A stretch of 63,978 nucleotides of DNA, filler included, from Craspedostauros australis (lineage: Eukaryota), in NCBI GenBank assembly GCA_030167865.1. It is 6 parts of 6 records of this genome, joined end to end, with 100 filler letters (N's around TTAATTAATTAA, not from the genome) between each part and the next. Parts side by side here need not be neighbours in the genome. Positions count along the whole stretch, not along the records: positions 23,000 to 50,539 come from JALAGF010004583.1; 5 more parts are not named here. One strand, 5' to 3'. Below, one piece after another: positions 35,064-47,568 of the stretch (position 1 is its first letter; the number at the start of each line of letters is the position of its first letter). The notes beneath the pieces are model-generated. The model saw only the letters and a list, made by a program, of their open reading frames with translations. It made no database searches and was not told the DNA's origin. The translations under genes and the position numbers were made by a program.

Positions 35064-36113
35064 ATGAATAAACGAGGACTTGACGGCATCAGCAGCAAAA
35101 GCAGCATGACGAGCATCCAGAAACCAGAAGACAAGCCGGTGGTCCTTGGGAATCATGATCGGCAACAACAACATGGGGAGGCGCAATTTGGACACCAGAC
35201 GCAGAAGCAGCAGCTATCTGTCCTGAGTGGGCACACCGTAACCACCCACGACGAGTCTGATGAGGCAGGGAATGATGACGACACAGACTCCACCACCAGC
35301 TCCAAAGACAGCGAACCCACGCCGAAGAGGGTCAGATCGAACACGGACCTGACCCTCCAAGACATCAACGGTTCGGGGCATGGAAAGGGACAGGGCCAGC
35401 CACAGTCAAAAGGCAAAGAAGCGGCCATCGACATCAAGTGGCAACGCACCGTCGTGCCATCCAAGGACAACAGCGGCGTGCTGGAAATCCTCGTGCAGGA
35501 TCCGGAAGATGGTCTCCCGCTCCCCAATCCCGCCGACGACGACATGAACCCGACGGACTTCCTGGTCCGTCTGGTCGAGCTCAAGTGGGACACCACCCTC
35601 GAAACGAAGAAGTCCTTCGATCTGGAAGGCTTCTTCGTCCAGTCCACCGACGAGCAGGTGGCCGCCTACACGACGGAGATCGTCACCGCCGTGCGCACCA
35701 ACAACCTGGAGGATCTCAAGAAGCTCTACGCCAGCGGAAAGCGCGTCGACTGCTTCAACCGATTCGGCGAGTCCCTCCTCAACATGGCATGCCGACGAGG
35801 CTTCAACGACATCGTGCAGTTCCTGCTCAAGGATGCCCTCGTGGCGCTGCGCGTGCGCGATGACTGCGGCAGAACGCCGCTGCACGACGCATGCTGGAAT
35901 CCTTCGCCGCTCCTGGACATCTGCAAATGGATCATCCAAAGAGAACCGGCCCTGTTCCTCATCGCGGACAAACGGGGATTCACGCCATTCATGTACGCGC
36001 GTCCGGAGCACTACGGGATCTGGAGACAGTTCCTCTTCGACAACCGCCATTACCTCAAGGTCCTGTCCTACGAGGAGATGAAGTCCACGCTGGCGGCGGC
36101 GCCAGCGCAATGA
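35064..36113 (+). CDS. Ankyrin-repeat protein (349 aa)
   Basis: NRFGESLLNMACRRG, DDCGRTPLHDACW and DKRGFTPFMY ankyrin motifs after a low-complexity N-terminus. Confidence 0.85.
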   Translation: MNKRGLDGISSKSSMTSIQKPEDKPVVLGNHDRQQQHGEAQFGHQTQKQQLSVLSGHTVTTHDESDEAGNDDDTDSTTSSKDSEPTPKRVRSNTDLTLQDINGSGHGKGQGQPQSKGKEAAIDIKWQRTVVPSKDNSGVLEILVQDPEDGLPLPNPADDDMNPTDFLVRLVELKWDTTLETKKSFDLEGFFVQSTDEQVAAYTTEIVTAVRTNNLEDLKKLYASGKRVDCFNRFGESLLNMACRRGFNDIVQFLLKDALVALRVRDDCGRTPLHDACWNPSPLLDICKWIIQREPALFLIADKRGFTPFMYARPEHYGIWRQFLFDNRHYLKVLSYEEMKSTLAAAPAQ

Positions 36114-37059
36114 ATGGCAAGGGAACAACGATGCGAATCCAACAGATCCTCGAGATCTCGCATCCGCCATGCATCGCCAGCACTACAATGAGGAGGATAC
36201 CATGACGCGTACATAGCACAGTAATATAACAGGTAGCACTCTGTTTGATATAATACATCCAGACATGGGTAGAGTGCACATTCAAGGCAAGCAGATGAAC
36301 CTGGAACGCTCCCACGAAACCTAATTTGCGTAGCACAACACCTGACGAGAGTAATACATCCCGCGGCAACAAAGTATAGCACTCCTCCAACAGAGGGGAA
36401 TTCGAGATGCAAGCCTGAGTCCGTGCGCCAGAGGAACATCAGCAACTTTCTCCTCTTCTCAACACTATTGAGTCATCCGGTGCCATCGCAACGAAGGATC
36501 TTCGTCGCCAATCCACCTAACACCGCCATGGAGGTTACCAAACGAAGTCACGCTATCCTTCCCTTTCGTGGAGGAGAAGATTGTGGAGCCAAATCGTGTT
36601 CTCCGAGTCAGTTCATTCCACGTTTCATGCAGTCGGTCTAATCATACTTGTTGTGCACCGAGGGTGAAGGACAGACCGCGGCCACAAAATCAACCAAAGA
36701 AAAAATGGAGAAAGACAAATGCACAAACGAGAAAACAAACGACCGATGTCCATCCCCAACCAACGAAGTCTCCATGAACAAGGCATCGACCATGAACATC
36801 GACGTCCACAAGCGGAGCCATCATCTTTGACAGCTTTCACACGATACCCAAAAGGAAGAGAGATTGACAGAGCGACAGAGCGACAGAGCGTTAGATCCAC
36901 GGAGTACCGAATAGAACCAGCAACGCCGTTGGTACTACCGTCAACAAGTAGCAGCGAACCTCAGGCCACAGCCAACTCCGCTGAGATACAAAAGATACGT
37001 CGCGATCACAAGACTTCATCGAACAAGCATCCATCAATCAAAAGGAGATACTCGACATC

Positions 37060-38704
37060 ATGACGAGCTCCACCGACATGTCATCCCTCGCGGCGCTCTC
37101 CGCGAGAAATTCGCTGAAGAGAACGCGTCTGTTGTTTGACGTGAACCCAGTGTCGGTGTTCCTGCCATCGTCCGATCCCCTCATCGATCAGGCATCGATC
37201 AATCGCAGGAAACGACGTCCCGTGATTAAGCCATCGGCAAATGCGCTCTCGATGGATGACACCACCTTGTCCAAGGACCCCATGAGCCTCGCGCTCATCA
37301 CCAACGGAGAGACTTCCGCGACAGATGCTGGCGGATCGTCCGAAAAGACGGATCTCAACAACGTCCTCGCCTTGAAGACTGATGATGACGATCAGAACAA
37401 GCCAAAGGGCATCCTCAATGTACGTGCAAGCCTTTCTGTCGTTGCTGTCATCATGTTGTCCTGTGTGCATACTGCTGTTCTCGATACTGGCAATCGCGGT
37501 TCCTTGAGCACGACCCAGCGCAATAGAAAAGAGGCAACGGAGAGAACAGTGCTCTGCTCTACCGCATGCGTGAAACTGGTACGCACAAGGACAACATTCT
37601 CACTCGATTTTGCCATCACTGATCCCCTTCTCCTTTCCGTACCAACAGAGCTCAAATAAACGCAAGGGCGGGACCAAAATCCCAACACCCAGCTGGCACG
37701 CACCGTGGAAGCTGTCCACAGTGCTTTCGTCGCACTTGGGATGGGTCCGCAGCATCGCCATCGATCCCACCAACAGCATGTTTGCCACCGGTTCCGCGGA
37801 CAGGACGATCAAGATTTGGGATCTGGCGAAGGCCTCCGTGGGTGCCGCCGATGCGCTTCAGCTCACCCTCACAGGTCACATCAGTCCAGTTCGTGGTTTG
37901 GCCTTTTCGGAGCGTCATCCGTACCTCTTCAGTGTGGGAGAAGACAAGATGGTGAAGTGCTGGGATTTGGAGACCAACCAGGTCATCCGTCATTACCACG
38001 GTCACTTGAGTGGAGTCTTCTCCGTCGCATTGCACCCAACTCTGGACATCCTCGTGACGGGTGGTCGTGATGCCGTGGCTCGTGTTTGGGACATGCGTAG
38101 TAAGACGCAGGTCCACGTGATGGCAGGGCATGAGAACACCGTGGCCTCCATCTTGACCAAGCCCACGGATCCGCAAATCATCACTGGTTCGCATGACACC
38201 ACCGTCAAGTTGTGGGATCTGGCCGCTGGTAAGTGCATGTCGACGCTGACGCACCATCAGAAGAGCATCCGCGCCTTGGCGCAGCCAACCTTCGAAAACA
38301 CGTTTGTCAGCGGTGCCGCAGACTGCCTCAAGTACTGGCAGGGCAAGGACGGGCGTTTCCTCAAGTCCTACAACGGCCACAACGCCGTGATCAACGCCAT
38401 GGCAGTGAACGACGACGGTGTCCTGGTGAGCGGAGGTGACGACGGATCCATGCATTTCTGGGACTACAAGACGGGTCACAACTACCAATCCACCACCAGC
38501 GTGGTGCAACCGGGTTCGTTGGATGCGGAAAACTCCATCATGGCAACCCAATTTGATCTCACCGGAACGCGTCTCATTACAGGCGAAGCCGACAAGACCA
38601 TCAAGATCTGGAAGCAGGACGATGAGGCGTCCGAGATCAGCGACCCGATTGACATGGTGGCATGGAGGAAGAAGTGCCTCAAGGAGGCCAAGCAAAGATA
38701 TTAA
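37060..38704 (+). CDS. PRL1: Pleiotropic regulator 1 / Prp46, WD40 NTC spliceosome subunit; 2 exons (37060-37419, 37649-38704), ~471 aa
   Basis: PxWHAPWKL...[38 protein letters not shown] and QPGSLDAE...[10 protein letters not shown] are diagnostic of PLRG1/PRL1. The GT-AG intron is in frame. Confidence 0.95.
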
Positions 38705-39555
38705 GCCTGTGATGGTGAAGATGTGGATGCGTGCATCCTTGCATGCCTTGTCGATCTCATTCGGGTTCGGACTCGTATGGCAGAGGGCAACGAAACCAGT
38801 TGAAAATTCCCGCAAATCTCAATTGCGCGGAGTCGGCATGACGCAGTGGCGTAATAGCACATCGTAGAGAGTGCTTTGCAAATAGAATGGTGCTTTACAT
38901 ATTCTGCTCTCTTGCCGTCTTCAAGTGCACCTGCTGATCGTTGCTTCGTTTGTAAGGTGCACGCTTGGAGGGATGGCCGCAGCACTACCACTCGAAGGTG
39001 CAAGAAGACAGCACTGTCTACATGGTAAACCATGCAGCCCCTTTTCTTCTCTTTCCTCCTGACGAGGTCGTAGAGTAGAGCTTGCAAATTGGCGGCTTCC
39101 TGAAGTCAAGAGAATTTCACGAGACCCAATCCATCATAAGTACGACTATGATCGTACTCTGCTATCCTCGTCCAATCTCGTCGGGGTGCGTGCTGGGCAC
39201 AAATCGACGAGCTATGTTCCGCCAAAGGTTGTATAGTCTAGTCGAACTAGTCAAACTCACGATGACATCACTGAAAGGATTCTCATGACTCGAAGCCGGC
39301 GAAAGATCCAATCAACGCCGATCGATCTCGAACTCACAAGAAGAAAATCGTTCGGCAGATTGCCACGAAGAAGACTGCCGCCGCGATGGACGACATCACC
39401 ACCACCATCATCGCCACCTCCACAACAACCACAACGAGGCAGACACAACGCAACCACATCCCAAGAGACGGTTGACCGATCATAGAACAAGAAAAGATCA
39501 GAAGAACAATACCGAACCGCAATACCAAATCGCAATAGCAATAGCAACAGCAATC

Positions 39556-41079
39556 ATGAAGACATTCAGTGCCCTGAGCTTGTTGGCAGTCGTTGCCCTG
39601 CCCTTCACGTCGGCCTTCGCGCCAAGGCTTTCTTCCTCCTCAGCCGCATCAGCCTTGAAGGTGAGTCTCAGAGGATGATGATGGATTCGGCGAATTGGGT
39701 ATGGGATAGATGGCGAAGAGGATGCGCAACGCATCATGGAGCACAGACTTTGGTGACGTTGGACGAAGGATCACCATCGCCCATTGCATCGGCGATGCAC
39801 TGATTGGATGCAGAATCATACGTGCAACTCTGTCCGACTGCATTGTGTGCGCAGAGAGCGCTTGCACACCATACCATCGAGTGTCTCACATCAAACACTT
39901 CTTGATACATTACTTTTCTTCGCTGCGATGTCGTCTGTTGCCTTGCTTCTGGGAATGACGCACTGGATACATGCTATCCACCCATCGAACAATTGTGCCA
40001 ATTGCATAATTGCAGGCAGCCGAGAGCGAAGTTTCGTTCGGTGACTTGGACGGCTCCAACGTCCGCATCGGCATCATCCGAACACGATGGAACGACGAGC
40101 ACGTGAGCAGTCTGGTGGAAGGCTGCCGCAAGGCGTTGAAGGAATGCAACGTGAAGGATGATTTCATCTTTGAGACCGAGGTCCCAGGCAGCTTCGAATT
40201 GCCCATGGCCGCACGATTCTTGGCGCTGAGCCAGACTGTCGATGCCATCGTGACTGCAGGAGTTTTGATCAAGGGAGAGGTGCGTTGTAAATTGTATTCT
40301 GCTGTATTGGAATTGGTTGCATTGAACGAGGAGGAGTGTCTCATGTGGATTGTGCCACGCTCCATGTGCATTGCACTGCACTGTGTTATTGGGGGATGCT
40401 GTTCAAGTCGTTGACACAGAAGAAGATCATTTCCCTTGGTCTCAAGTGACAGTGGACGAAAACGGTAGGCATCTCAGTTTGCGGGTGAAAGATGGGGTGC
40501 ATCACAATCAAAGCTCTCTGGTGGTGCCGTCATCGTCACCACCACCACCGCCGCCGTCGTCGTCGTCGACAATCGCGTCGTAGTATTTGTCTGTCGAAAT
40601 GATTGCTCGTTCGACGTGCAAAAGTCCTCCGCTTGTACTCACTCACACAATGGCTGACCATTCTATGCTCTCCCCAACGCGCCGATCTCAATGACGCAAA
40701 CATTGGCACCACAATACTCGTTATCCCGTCCGCACGTACGTACGTATGCATGGCACGAACAAAACAGACCATGCACTTCGAGTACATCTCCGAGGCAACC
40801 GCGAGCGGGCTGATGAGCGTCGGACTGCAAACCTCCACCCCGATCGTGTACGGCGTGCTGAACTGCCTGAACGAGGAGCAGGTGAAGGCCCGATCCAGCG
40901 GCGACAGCAACCACGGATACGACTGGGGCAAGACAGCCGTCGAGATGGCGTTGTTGCGAACGGAAGCGCTGGACATGAAGGGCGGAAGCGACGAGGCCAA
41001 GGAGAAGCTGGCGAAGATGGGCTTCGGAGACAAGGAGGTGAAGGACGAGCACGGAGAGAAGAAGTCCACCTACTTTTAG
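39556..41079 (+). CDS. ribH: 6,7-dimethyl-8-ribityllumazine synthase, plastid-targeted; 3 exons (39556-39660, 40016-40279, 40768-41079), ~226 aa
   Basis: [39 protein letters not shown] and [13 protein letters not shown] are lumazine synthase motifs. Signal peptide ends TSA|FAP. Both introns are GT-AG and in phase 0. Confidence 0.93.
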
Positions 41080-42224
41080 ACTTTCGAGTTTTTCACTAAT
41101 GCTGGAGCTACAAGTACAAGCACGTATGGCGCAAATGATGTCTCTCTCCATCCGCTTAGTTATTGCTTTAGAGTGCCACTCGAGAGAGTAACCCTTTGTC
41201 GAGCATAACATTCGTAGAATTAATATTCCCAACAAGCCGACAGCTTCAATCATAGTCGTACGCGTATTAGTACGAGCGCGAGTGTAGCAACCAACCGAGA
41301 ACGAAAAAGGAACCCGGATGAATGTCCAAGTTTGGTCGAATGACTCGCGAAGGAAGCACGTGGGTGGCTGCAAAATTTCAACGCGCAGCCACGAGAGGCC
41401 CCCGCTCATTTCCACCTGTCTCGTTCAGATTTCCACACCAACATCATTGTGGTGCGCACACGATCGTGCTTTGGTGTGGTGGACACACGCGCTGAGAGGC
41501 ATTGCCGAATCACATCACATCACATCGCTGAAGAGCGTCATTTGCACTGTGGCCGTCCTCCGTCGATGCGCAGCTTCGAGTTGTGGATCATCCGTAGCTG
41601 AAAGGAAGAAGGACAGAACGACCAAGTGGGAAGCTCAACGAAGCTGCGAGGAGAGAAGGAGGAGAGACGAGCAAGTCTCAAAGCAAGAGGTAGCAAGCAA
41701 GACGAAGCAAGCAAGACAGCAGCTTCTCACATTGCACACTGCAGCAGCCTCTCGACCAACACATCACTGCACGACGAGCGCTGCATCCGCAAGCGCAAGT
41801 GCAAGTAAGCTTGCTTGCGGAGAGGACAGCACCATCCAACAGTCCCAGAGTGGCGACGGATCTGTCGCAGCACCCGCTGTTGATCATCATCTCTTATCAA
41901 TCATCAATCATCGATCAGCGATCAGCGCACAAGAGCTGGAAGGCAATCCGCACCGAATCAAACCACGTCACAGTCGATTTGGCCAAACGAAGCAGAGGCT
42001 GCTGGTGCTCTGATCATCGCAACCCATCCCTAGACGCAACAGCGACGTGTCTTGCCTTCAAACGACGACGGTCGCAATACAATATAGCAGAACAGTTAAG
42101 AGGCTGTCACCATCCCACAAACGGTGGCGACTTTGGAGCAAGTCGGATTGAACAGACGCTCGATCTCAAGGAGGCGGATTGGATCTTTTTCAAAGGGACG
42201 TTGGTGGTCCAAGTCAGCAGCAAG

Positions 42225-45200
42225 ATGAGGAGACAAGGCGGTGGCAAGTCCAGGAGCGCGAGTGCTACGGCGGAACGACTCAGAAAGAAGCAGCAGCAAC
42301 AGCAGAAGCTAAAACTGCAGGAGCAACAGCAGCAGCAACAACAGCAACAATTGCAGCAGCAGCAACTCCACGAACACCATGACCAGCCCTACTCCAACGG
42401 CTACAGATATGTCGCAGCGCCAACTTCTGATGCTCGTGCAGCCACACCCAGCGCATCAGTGCCAATCTCGATGCCAGCATCCGCGTCAATGCCAATGTCA
42501 GCATCCGCATCGGCATCATCAGCGTCGATACCGACACATACACCTTCGCAGTTCGATGTATGGCAGAAGCTTTCTTCCAAAACACCATCGATGTCCCCAT
42601 TATCGTCCCTGCCCTCAATGCAAATGCAGAACCAAAGGACGAACACTGCATCGAATCCAACGTCAGTGTCCATGGCGGCACTCAATGGAACCACCTCCGC
42701 GCCGCCAACAACCAGAATACAGCGCGGTCATCACCACGATGATGACACCTTTCACAACATACAATCACCCACCTGCATCCCGCTCATGTGGGCGACACGC
42801 GATGTCTTCCCGGAGTTGCAATCCGAGGTCCCGTTGCAGCAACGACGACCTGTATCGTTGTTTGGTAAACTTGTGCGCAAGTCCATGTTGGAACGCCGTG
42901 CCAAAAGTGCGGATCATGAGGTCCAGTACACGGATTTCTCGGCTGCGTTCGCGAATCGACCGTTGCCGGAGAAGTCACGGCTGGCTTTGGCCCGAATGGC
43001 TGGTCAGGATGCGACAGATAACGCATCAGCGGCGGCGGCATCCGTCACAGAACCAACGTCAGAAACCACATCCACGACGCCCACCGCATCCAACGCCAAA
43101 CGCAAGAAGCGGAGGAAACGAAAGAAGAAAAAGAATGCCGGTGCCACGAATGATGCCACCAACGGTGAACAGCAAGTCAGTGTTCAAGACGGCGTCAACG
43201 AAGGTCAGCAGCCGCAGACGGAGCTTCTGCAATCGCAACAAGCACAGATTGATACTGATGCTAGCAACGGGGATCACAACGGCGTGCCCATGATTGTGGA
43301 CAGCACATCTGGAGATGCAGAACCCGATCACATCGACATTCCGCTCCATGGCGCTGTCGGTGAGAGTGACAAGGCCATCTCCCAAGCCGCAGGCGGTATG
43401 GTCGTGCTGACTGGCACGGAGGGAATCACCAGCACATCGAGTTCGGACGATGCCTTGAATGACAATACTTCTCATTCCATCGATGAATGGTTGGATATGG
43501 TGCACAAAGGTGACGGCGACAAGGTTCCGCCGCCGCCTGATGTCGATGATAATCACCAAGATGAAGCATTCTGGCAGTTACCGCCGGAGGTGGTTCAACT
43601 GGGCAACGATGGCGGAGACGGTGCGTCCAACCTGGTCGTGGATGATGTCGTCGAACTGGATCAATCGGTGCATTACCACACGGAGCGTCTCAAGGTGGAA
43701 GCGACCATATTGCCACCGCCGTCGTTGGACCGCCTTCCATCTCAAGATACCCTCACAGATCTGGTCGGCGGCCCTGACACCGAACCCTTGTCGACATCGG
43801 AACACGGAGGTACGAACATCGTTCTCGGCGGTGGTGGCGGAGGAGGAGGAGATGATGCCAGTTGGGCACAGCACAGTTTCGCGACGCTGTCGGCAGGTAC
43901 GACCAATGTCAGCAGCCTTGCCGGGCCACCACGAAGTCCAGCCGTCTCGCGACGATCCACGGGCCATGCAGCTGCACACTCCATGCTTCCACCGCAAAGT
44001 CCATCGACCATCGAAATGATCCCCGACGAATCAGCAGCAGCGTATGTCGCAACATCGCCAGTCCCACCATCGTCCACCATCGACAAAGATTCCTCATCCA
44101 ACACAGACGAGGCGAAGGATGACGCAGTCGGCATCCTGTTTCGAAATCCATTGGAAATCGAATATCTCACCAAACTCGAACATTACAGCACCGCAAAGAG
44201 CAGATCATCATCGATCACGCAAGCAACTGCAAATGGCGCGAATGGTCAAAGCGCTCCTGCCTCGGCCGGAACAACGGACGACAAAGAAACTACGGCCGCT
44301 GGGACGTCGCATGCGTCATCATCGTCGTCAGTGACAGCGACAGCAGCTGCAACGGCAAACACGACGGCAAACACGACAACCAATGCGAAATCAGCCGAAT
44401 CAACGACCGCGTCAACTGATGCGCGGTTGCTGAGACCATTGGCACCGAAATTGACCACGACGATCGAGGGATATCATGTGCCGTCGCTTCACCCAGTCGA
44501 AGAGACGGTGCACGACGATGCGGGGATCAAGCCAATGCCGCTCGTGCGATCCGAGTCCAATTTCTCTGCATCTTCATCACACAAAGTCTCCCTCTTCGAT
44601 GAATGGTTGGGCCAAATCGTGGAAAGCAAGACTGATCCATCCTACGTGAAGAAATCTCACGCAGATGGCAAGAACGCAAACGCCACCCCCAGCTCGGAAA
44701 AGAGCGAGGACACCGCGCGCCAGGAAGCGATGCGACGACGCAAAGAGCTGGAGCACAAATGGACCGACGAAAACCTCTCTGAACCACCGGCCAACCGCGA
44801 TCTGTCACGATTCCTGGAGTACATCAAGCCACAACTGGAGTGCGGGACGCCAATAGTATCATTGCAAGAGATCAAGGACGCGTGCTTCCGAGTTCATTGC
44901 GTCGGGTGTCAGAAGGATTCCTTGAAGTATCTGCAGATACTGGAGGAATGCATGTTTGGACCACGTGCGAATGGGTGCACCTTGCCATCCGGCATGGAAA
45001 GCGCGCAGCAAGGAGGCGCAGCATCCGCAGAGCAGCAAATGCAGCAGCAAGAACAGCGACGCGACGCATACAGGCTCGTGCTCAATCCAAACACGCTGCA
45101 GGAATCGATGAATGACATTGGGTCGGGACAAGAGGTGACGATGGAGGGTGCATTCGATTACGTGGCGCTGGAGGAGGGGAATCATCCATGGTTCGGTAGC

Positions 45201-47309
45201 AAGCTCGACCAACTGCGTGACATTGTGGTGGACACTGCGCAGTTCAGCGGCAGCAGCAACAACAACAACAACAATTTGATCGACCACAACGATCCCATAT
45301 TCGGCAACGAATACAAAAGGGCAGATCATCCAAATGAGTCCAACATCGAATCCTTCATTGCATTCTCCAAGCATACTAACACTTCAGCAAGCACAGAGAC
45401 GCCAGGTTCGTCAAAGCAATCGAAACGAAGGGATGCTACCAGCTCTTCGGCGAATGGCGGAGGTGGCGAGCGCCACAGCACAAAGAACGGCGAGAATGGC
45501 CAATCCATTCCGCAGGAATTGAAGCTTGCGCTGCGACCGATGTCGATGGAGAACCTCAAGTCATTGATGGAAGACTTCCTGCCCTGCGGCGTCGAAGAGG
45601 ATGTCATGGTCTCCATCGCACCCACGCGAGACACGCGCCCGCTTCATATTCAGAAGCAGGAAACGCAGGCCATCTACATGAACGTGGCACATAACGAGAG
45701 CGTGGTGATCGACTTGCTGCACGAGATGCAAACATGGGGATGGGACATGAACCGCGATTTGATGGGAATTCGAGACACCGTCGCGGAAAGCATGAACAAT
45801 CCAGAGGGTGTTCAGCAGAACATCGAGTACACAACGATGCCCACCCTGAACCGCATCGAACTGACGTGCAACAACTACATGCTCAAGGTCTTTCAGGTGT
45901 TGAATTCGGTGACTTCAGAACGCACGCACGCCATGCAGGAGCTGCAGATGAAGCTGTGGATTGATTTCCTGGATGCCATCCACGGGAGCTTGCGGTCGCT
46001 CGATGCGCACTACAAGAACATCGAAGAGAACCTAGCTGATCAGATGGGAACGCTGCCAAAACCCTTCATCAACGCGCCGATGCGCAATTCCCTCCAAAAG
46101 GTCGCCGAGAAGAAGACCGACCTTTGGACTGTGCTCGGCAACTCGTACGGCATGATCCTGACCGAAAGTCTACTGAAGGAATGGTTCACACGCCTGGACT
46201 GGCAGGATATGCGAGTTCCAGAGAACTCCATGAAAACTGCCGCCTCGAAACGGCTGGACGAAGCATGCCGCGACCTGGCCGGGCGGCTCATCGAATGGAC
46301 GCACACGATCATGGCAGCCAACATCCGCGGGATCGGCATGAAACGGATCAAGCGCACTTCGGAGGCGTTGGAGGTCATGCAAGGCGTCGTGGAACCGCTG
46401 GCGGCTGAATACGCAACGGTGGAGCGCTACTTTTCACCGGAACGCAACAAGTATTTCGCCTCCCTTCGGTCCAACGTGGTGCTGGCACACGGAGTCAAGC
46501 AGCGCATGCGCTTGATGGATGAAGGCGAAGTTGAGTCCATGATGGTCGGCGTCATCTTGATGTGGAGACACGTTCGGTTGATGCAGGCGAGGACGATCTT
46601 CGCCGTGAGGTGTCCTCCACTGCCGCTGCATCTGAAGAGCTGGATGTACCTGGACACGAAGCCCTGGGGATACATGACACCGCCGTCGCAGATTCGGAAC
46701 CTGTGTCTCTCCAACGGCGGAGGCGGGAAGCGACGTATTCTGTGCATCGTGGCTGGGTTGCTGTACCGCTGGTTGTCAGTACGATGCCTGGAATGGAATG
46801 CCAAGATGGCGGAAGAAGAATTGTTGGATTTGGATTTCAACGAGCAGAATGGCAGTGGCGTCAGCAGCATCCCAAATCCTGGCAAATCCGGCAAACGCAA
46901 CAAGAAGAAAAAGAAGAAAGTCGGTGCTACTGCGGCACAACAGGCAAATCAAGATGAACATGCTGCGGTGGCGACAACACCATCAACAGCAGCAGCAGGA
47001 GAAGCAGAAGCAGAAGCACCGCCATCATCATCCACAGCAGCAACATTGCCGGCTACTCCGGTGACGCCATCCGAAGCAGCCACTCAGCAGGAGCAAAAGT
47101 CGCAAACCGCACACGAAGGCGATCATAATGACGTTGAAACTTCTTGTGCTCTGGGAGAGCCGGAGACCACGCAAGACTTGGAAGTTGATCATCCACCGAC
47201 GGTCTTTGTCGATGACAGGCAAAAGCTAATGCCGGGCAAAGAGTATCTGGTGCAACGGATGGATGCCATCATGCTGGATCCAAACGTCTTCCATGTCAAG
47301 TTAACGTGA
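42225..47309 (+). CDS. Large hypothetical protein (~1694 aa), polyQ N-terminus, low-complexity middle, helical C-terminal half
   Basis: Over 5 kb of stop-free frame. Probable start MRRQGGG. Two K-rich NLS-like runs and a CFRVHCVGC motif. No family recognised. Confidence 0.8.
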   Translation: MRRQGGGKSRSASATAERLRKKQQQQQKLKLQEQQQQQQQQQLQQQQLHEHHDQPYSNGYRYVAAPTSDARAATPSASVPISMPASASMPMSASASASSASIPTHTPSQFDVWQKLSSKTPSMSPLSSLPSMQMQNQRTNTASNPTSVSMAALNGTTSAPPTTRIQRGHHHDDDTFHNIQSPTCIPLMWATRDVFPELQSEVPLQQRRPVSLFGKLVRKSMLERRAKSADHEVQYTDFSAAFANRPLPEKSRLALARMAGQDATDNASAAAASVTEPTSETTSTTPTASNAKRKKRRKRKKKKNAGATNDATNGEQQVSVQDGVNEGQQPQTELLQSQQAQIDTDASNGDHNGVPMIVDSTSGDAEPDHIDIPLHGAVGESDKAISQAAGGMVVLTGTEGITSTSSSDDALNDNTSHSIDEWLDMVHKGDGDKVPPPPDVDDNHQDEAFWQLPPEVVQLGNDGGDGASNLVVDDVVELDQSVHYHTERLKVEATILPPPSLDRLPSQDTLTDLVGGPDTEPLSTSEHGGTNIVLGGGGGGGGDDASWAQHSFATLSAGTTNVSSLAGPPRSPAVSRRSTGHAAAHSMLPPQSPSTIEMIPDESAAAYVATSPVPPSSTIDKDSSSNTDEAKDDAVGILFRNPLEIEYLTKLEHYSTAKSRSSSITQATANGANGQSAPASAGTTDDKETTAAGTSHASSSSSVTATAAATANTTANTTTNAKSAESTTASTDARLLRPLAPKLTTTIEGYHVPSLHPVEETVHDDAGIKPMPLVRSESNFSASSSHKVSLFDEWLGQIVESKTDPSYVKKSHADGKNANATPSSEKSEDTARQEAMRRRKELEHKWTDENLSEPPANRDLSRFLEYIKPQLECGTPIVSLQEIKDACFRVHCVGCQKDSLKYLQILEECMFGPRANGCTLPSGMESAQQGGAASAEQQMQQQEQRRDAYRLVLNPNTLQESMNDIGSGQEVTMEGAFDYVALEEGNHPWFGSKLDQLRDIVVDTAQFSGSSNNNNNNLIDHNDPIFGNEYKRADHPNESNIESFIAFSKHTNTSASTETPGSSKQSKRRDATSSSANGGGGERHSTKNGENGQSIPQELKLALRPMSMENLKSLMEDFLPCGVEEDVMVSIAPTRDTRPLHIQKQETQAIYMNVAHNESVVIDLLHEMQTWGWDMNRDLMGIRDTVAESMNNPEGVQQNIEYTTMPTLNRIELTCNNYMLKVFQVLNSVTSERTHAMQELQMKLWIDFLDAIHGSLRSLDAHYKNIEENLADQMGTLPKPFINAPMRNSLQKVAEKKTDLWTVLGNSYGMILTESLLKEWFTRLDWQDMRVPENSMKTAASKRLDEACRDLAGRLIEWTHTIMAANIRGIGMKRIKRTSEALEVMQGVVEPLAAEYATVERYFSPERNKYFASLRSNVVLAHGVKQRMRLMDEGEVESMMVGVILMWRHVRLMQARTIFAVRCPPLPLHLKSWMYLDTKPWGYMTPPSQIRNLCLSNGGGGKRRILCIVAGLLYRWLSVRCLEWNAKMAEEELLDLDFNEQNGSGVSSIPNPGKSGKRNKKKKKKVGATAAQQANQDEHAAVATTPSTAAAGEAEAEAPPSSSTAATLPATPVTPSEAATQQEQKSQTAHEGDHNDVETSCALGEPETTQDLEVDHPPTVFVDDRQKLMPGKEYLVQRMDAIMLDPNVFHVKLT

Positions 47310-47568
47310 AGTCACACTGTTGAAGATGTTGTTATTCTCGTAGCGTACTAATATGATGCTGTGTGATGATGCATGAGATGGGATGGCATGTGTTCATGGC
47401 GCCCTAAGTTCCTTCTAGACCACGATTTCCGATGGCGGTATGGATTGGACCGGGTGCAAGTGCCGTGCTCACAGCATGCTCCTTGTGTGGCACACGCACC
47501 ATACCACGTAGTACATGGGACATGGAATACCGTGCATCCTCGTGCGCGTTCATCCACGTACTGGGGCG

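Noticed and set aside
41799..42224. N-terminal extensions given by the ORF track (also 8085, 18623, 27049, 33041, 55445 starts)
   Set aside because: Most begin at non-ATG codons or in UTR-like sequence; downstream ATGs match family N-termini or targeting peptides better.
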